A DNA stretch of 64,000 bases from Fimicolochytrium jonesii. Its lineage: Eukaryota. The stretch spans positions 620,001-684,000 of the forward strand of contig NW_026515670.1 of NCBI RefSeq assembly GCF_025526975.1. The letters are read 5' to 3'. A program made the translations under genes and the position numbers. The notes beneath the pieces were generated by a model, which had not been told where the DNA came from, did no database searches, and was given only the letters and a program-made list of their open reading frames with translations. Positions 61,539-64,000 of this stretch are shown here, piece after piece. Numbering within the stretch: position 1 is the first letter of the stretch; each line of letters opens with the position of its first letter.

Positions 61539-63445
61539 TCAGATTTCCTCAATCCAGTCGCAGAGATCGACCCACGCCGCAAGGGCACTCACCCAGTCGC
61601 CTGACCATCTCTTTCTCTCGTGCTGAGTAGTCATCAGCTTCGCCTTCGCCGCCATAATTCCGGTGCGCTTCGTGGGGCTGTGGGATGCCTGGTCGGCCGG
61701 ATAGCTGCAATGGGTCGAAGACACCGGTCAGTTTCGCTGAGGTACACTTGCGCGTACGGGTCAACTCTACCTTTAAAAGAGCGTCAAGGCCAATGACTCG
61801 TTCAATGTACAGGCGCGCGATCTCGATGCGTGTGAAGATCGAGTCTGATGGGTTGACGCGGTTCTTGCATCAGCAAGTGCGTTGGCGCGGGGTTTCGAGT
61901 GAGCGTAGGCTCGGTAGCACAATGTCTGAAGTAGCGGACGTGGATGCGCCTACCATGATATCCATGAACATTCCTGGGCCCTCCGGCCATTCATATTGGC
62001 ATGCCTCTCGATTGTTGATAGGCATTTGTGAGGCTTTTACATTGATCTGTGGTGCAGCATCCTGTGCTTCGTCCTCGCCATCCGGCTGCCGGAGCTCATG
62101 TCTTCTTCCAACATTTGACTCCTCTTTGGTGGACGTTGTCTTCTTTGATGATCGAGTCGGTGCACGGCGCTTTAACCGACCTGCCGCGTCATTGCTGATA
62201 TCGTGCGGTAGATTGACCTCCTTCGCTTCTCCCTCCCCGCCCCTCATCTTCATTCGGATCCACCGCAGCGCCTCATCAACAGACGGTCGGGCGTCCGGGT
62301 CGGTTTGCAGCATGGAGGAGATCAGGGTTCGAAGCTCCGTGCTGTGTGTGGATGGAACTGTGGTCGTGGGGGTGCCTTTCCGAATCCGTGAGGTCCTGGG
62401 TGTAGCGAGGATGAGTAAGTCAGGAAGGTGATACTTACCAGGAAATAATGGAGACGGGAGATATCAAAGAGCACTTACAGTTGACTCAGCGATTTGGCTT
62501 CAAAGGCGTGCCGGAGAGCAGCCATTTCATGCTGGAAACGACCCGCTGTTGAATGCTGACATTGGTTAAAAACTTATACCTCCGTTTAACGTACCAGAAC
62601 GCATCTGTGCACAGTCGTTGCGTTAATCGCAATCTCAGGGACAGACAGATAGTAAGCGACTCGATTTTGAAATATCCTTCTCACCCGATGGCCCAAACAT
62701 CACTTTTCCACCCATACGGTCTCCGCTCACATATCTCTGGTGACAGATAGAACGGAGTGCCAATGGCTGTCTGTGCGCGATCCATCGTGGATGCCAATGA
62801 TCGAGCGATTCCAAAGTCTCCAAGGATCAAATCATTGGCTTCTGAAAGAAAAATGTTCTGGGTGGGATGGTGAGCAAATGCAGGCGGTGATGGACCAGTT
62901 ATCGACTCACTTTGGTCTTGATGTCCCGATGCAATATCTTATGCCTGTGTAGGTGTTGAACGGCTAGCAAGATCTGGACAGCCCTGTGTGCATTGCGACG
63001 TATCAGATGGAAGCGGTTGAATGCCGCGGGACGATTAACGGAAACACACCATCGCCAGATCCTGCTCTCCGAAAGATGTTTCCCCTGACGAGCTTTCAAG
63101 TACGCATCCAGATCTCCGCGCTCTTAATCGTCATCAAACGTCAGCTTCCGGAGATTCCCCGTCTCCCCTGTCCTCACTTGTAACCGATCCAATACCTGCA
63201 TAACTCAAAACTAAATGTAAACTCCCATTCTGCACAAACGCATCCCGGTACTTCACGATGTACTCATGCTCCGGGAGCGACTTGAGGATTTTGACTTCGC
63301 GGATGGCCGTCTTGCATTCATCCGCCGTCAGGCCTCCGAGGGGTACTTCCTTCACACAGACCCGCTCCCGTTGTGAGTTGTAGGCTAGGCGGGCGCAGCC
63401 GGATGAGCCGACGCCGATTGTTCGGACGATTTTGTAGGATTCCAT
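61539..63445 (-). CDS. NIMA-related (NEK1-like) Ser/Thr kinase, multi-exon
   Basis: [79 protein letters not shown]-terminal [18 protein letters not shown] resembles a NEK1 tail. 3' exon structure approximate. Confidence 0.88.
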
Positions 63446-64000
63446 TTGGTACGATGTTTGAGTGGTAGTGTGCAAGTGACGGAGGAAGGCTGCGTGGGAG
63501 CGACACGCCTCGATCGATGGTGTCGGTATCACCTGGAGGTCCGAGCCTAAGCTTTGATGGAACCCATAATCCTTCGAAGAAAACACAGTCAGACTGGTCC
63601 ACATGACAAACAACTACGATGACCATATCCAGACCCGGATCCATACCTAATAATTTTGACATGTGCTGGATTTATGCCACACGAGGGGGAAGGCACCCAC
63701 GGAGAGTGTCGAGGGCTCGTCTTCCAGGCTCCCATTTATACCCAAGCCTGCCTTGTCTCTCAGTCTTGCTCTCCACAACTTTGGCCGCTACGGTCGGAAT
63801 TGAATCTGAATTAGCGGGATGACCATGCTCAGGAAACATCTCGCCTCTCCCTGAGCATGATCTCCACATATTATTGGCCGCCTGAGCTGGTCTCCACATG
63901 GACGGAAGTTGGCTGGGCTCAGTGCTCACTGACATCTCGACGCGCTGTCGAATACGGTCACGACGTCTTCCGCTGCAAGTCGATATTAGCTAAGCTTATT

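Overview
Intron-rich, GC-rich eukaryotic (fungal) DNA. A zoosporic fungus/chytrid is plausible but is only an inference from the single-chain FAS, a NEK1-like kinase and short GT-AG introns. The left end holds a complete 4.1-kb cut-and-paste DNA transposon (3359-7467). It has perfect 27-bp TIRs, an 8-bp TSD (AGCAGAGT) and ~181-bp subterminal tandem repeats. Its ~965-aa DDE-like (Academ/DUF6589- or KDZ-like) transposase is split over three ORFs by a 275-bp solo LTR (5-bp TSD ATCAC) and a 1-nt frameshift. The rest is host genes: TAF7, a J-domain protein, an S6K/Psk1-like AGC kinase, an F-BAR/RhoGAP protein, nucleolin/Nsr1, a mucin-like membrane protein, a GW-motif Ded1/Vasa-like DEAD-box helicase, a 12.4-kb single-gene fatty acid synthase, a long-chain acyl-CoA synthetase, a Pho80/Pcl cyclin, a TCP11 protein, seipin, a choline-transporter-like protein, a tandem SCP2 protein with a PTS1, and a NEK kinase. 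Five lipid-related genes fall within ~30 kb. All family calls come from motif recognition by eye; no searches were run. Exon boundaries are approximate unless stated.
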